DNA from: Bryobacterales bacterium
GTDB taxonomy: Bacteria > Acidobacteriota > Terriglobia > Bryobacterales > UBA6623
Assembly (NCBI GenBank): GCA_963422375.2
Contig: CAXXKD010000001.1
Coordinates: 288,001-352,000 of the forward strand
DNA: 64,000 bases
Direction: 5' to 3'
In this document: in pieces, positions 63,451 through 64,000 of the stretch
Numbering within the stretch: the first letter of the stretch is position 1
Layout of the letters: each line of letters starts with the position of its first letter
Translations under genes and position numbers: made by a program
The notes under the pieces: model-generated
The model's database searches: none
What the model was told of the DNA's origin: nothing
What the model saw: only the letters and a program-made list of their open reading frames with translations

Positions 63451-64000
63451 TCACTCCTTGCTGATCATCTCGTCCAGGTTCAGGATGCTGCTCGCGACCA
63501 CGGTCCAGGCGGCCAGCTCGGGCGCCGGCACGCTGTCGTCGGCGCTCGTCTCGCCGACCTGCAGGAGCTCGCGCGCCAGTCCGGGCGCCGCACGGAATTT
63601 TACGGCCTGCTCCGTCGCCAGATCCTGCAGCAGGCGCGACTCCGCCGGGCTGGGCGGCCGCGCCAGCGCGGCCTCGTAGGCGAAGCGGATCCGGTCGGCG
63701 CCTCCTTCGCGGATCATGCGCTGCGCGAGGCTGCGCGAGGCCTCCACGTAGGTCGGGTCGTTCATCAGAACCAGCGCCTGCAGCGGCGTGTTCGTCAGGG
63801 ACCGCCGCGCGATGCACTTCTCCCGGTCCGGCGCGTCGAACACGCCGAGCGAGGGCGGGGGGATCGTGCGCTTCCAAAACGTGTACATGCTGCGGCGGAA
63901 CAGATCCGCGCCCGCCCCGGGCCGGTAGACCTGGGCGGTGAACATGTCGCCATAGGCCATTTCCTTCCACAGCCCCTCGGGCTGGTACGGGAAGACGCTC
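63451..64000 (-). CDS. DUF1553 domain protein, C-terminal part (starts beyond the window)
   Basis: PYQPEGLW, RRSMYTFWKRT.PPP, TNTPLQAL.LMND, LNLDE. Confidence 0.92.
   Translation of the reverse strand, partial: SVFPYQPEGLWKEMAYGDMFTAQVYRPGAGADLFRRSMYTFWKRTIPPPSLGVFDAPDREKCIARRSLTNTPLQALVLMNDPTYVEASRSLAQRMIREGGADRIRFAYEAALARPPSPAESRLLQDLATEQAVKFRAAPGLARELLQVGETSADDSVPAPELAAWTVVASSILNLDEMISKE

Overview
High-GC bacterial chromosome window. The gene content (carboxypeptidase-domain TonB-dependent receptors, two DUF1553/DUF1501 modules, Tat-exported TIM barrels) suggests Acidobacteriota, and the complete Na+-NQR operon suggests a marine or saline niche; both are inferences. Intact housekeeping blocks (lspA-lgt, leuCD, ispDF, nqrABCDEF-apbE-nqrM, thiS, der, four tRNAs, panE) alternate with three IS-rich decayed regions (about 17.3-24.3 kb, 29-35 kb and 53.9-55.9 kb) and several frameshifted accessory genes. 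Signals the ORF track misses: (1) an ArsC/Spx-family selenoprotein (UxxC, in-frame TGA plus a SECIS-like hairpin); (2) two poly-G tracts filling the -35/-10 spacer of candidate promoters with identical geometry, possibly phase-variable; (3) an Rpn nuclease with an SD-led internal start for a putative intragenic antitoxin; (4) a -10 box 6-9 nt before the start codon of 13 genes, implying leaderless or near-leaderless mRNAs; (5) an IS1595 element with an 8-bp TSD interrupting a TonB receptor; (6) a 255-bp MITE-like element; (7) relics of dksA/traR and a DUF1156 methyltransferase. No CRISPR array, rRNA, prophage or reverse transcriptase was seen. All family calls are by-eye motif recognition, not database searches.
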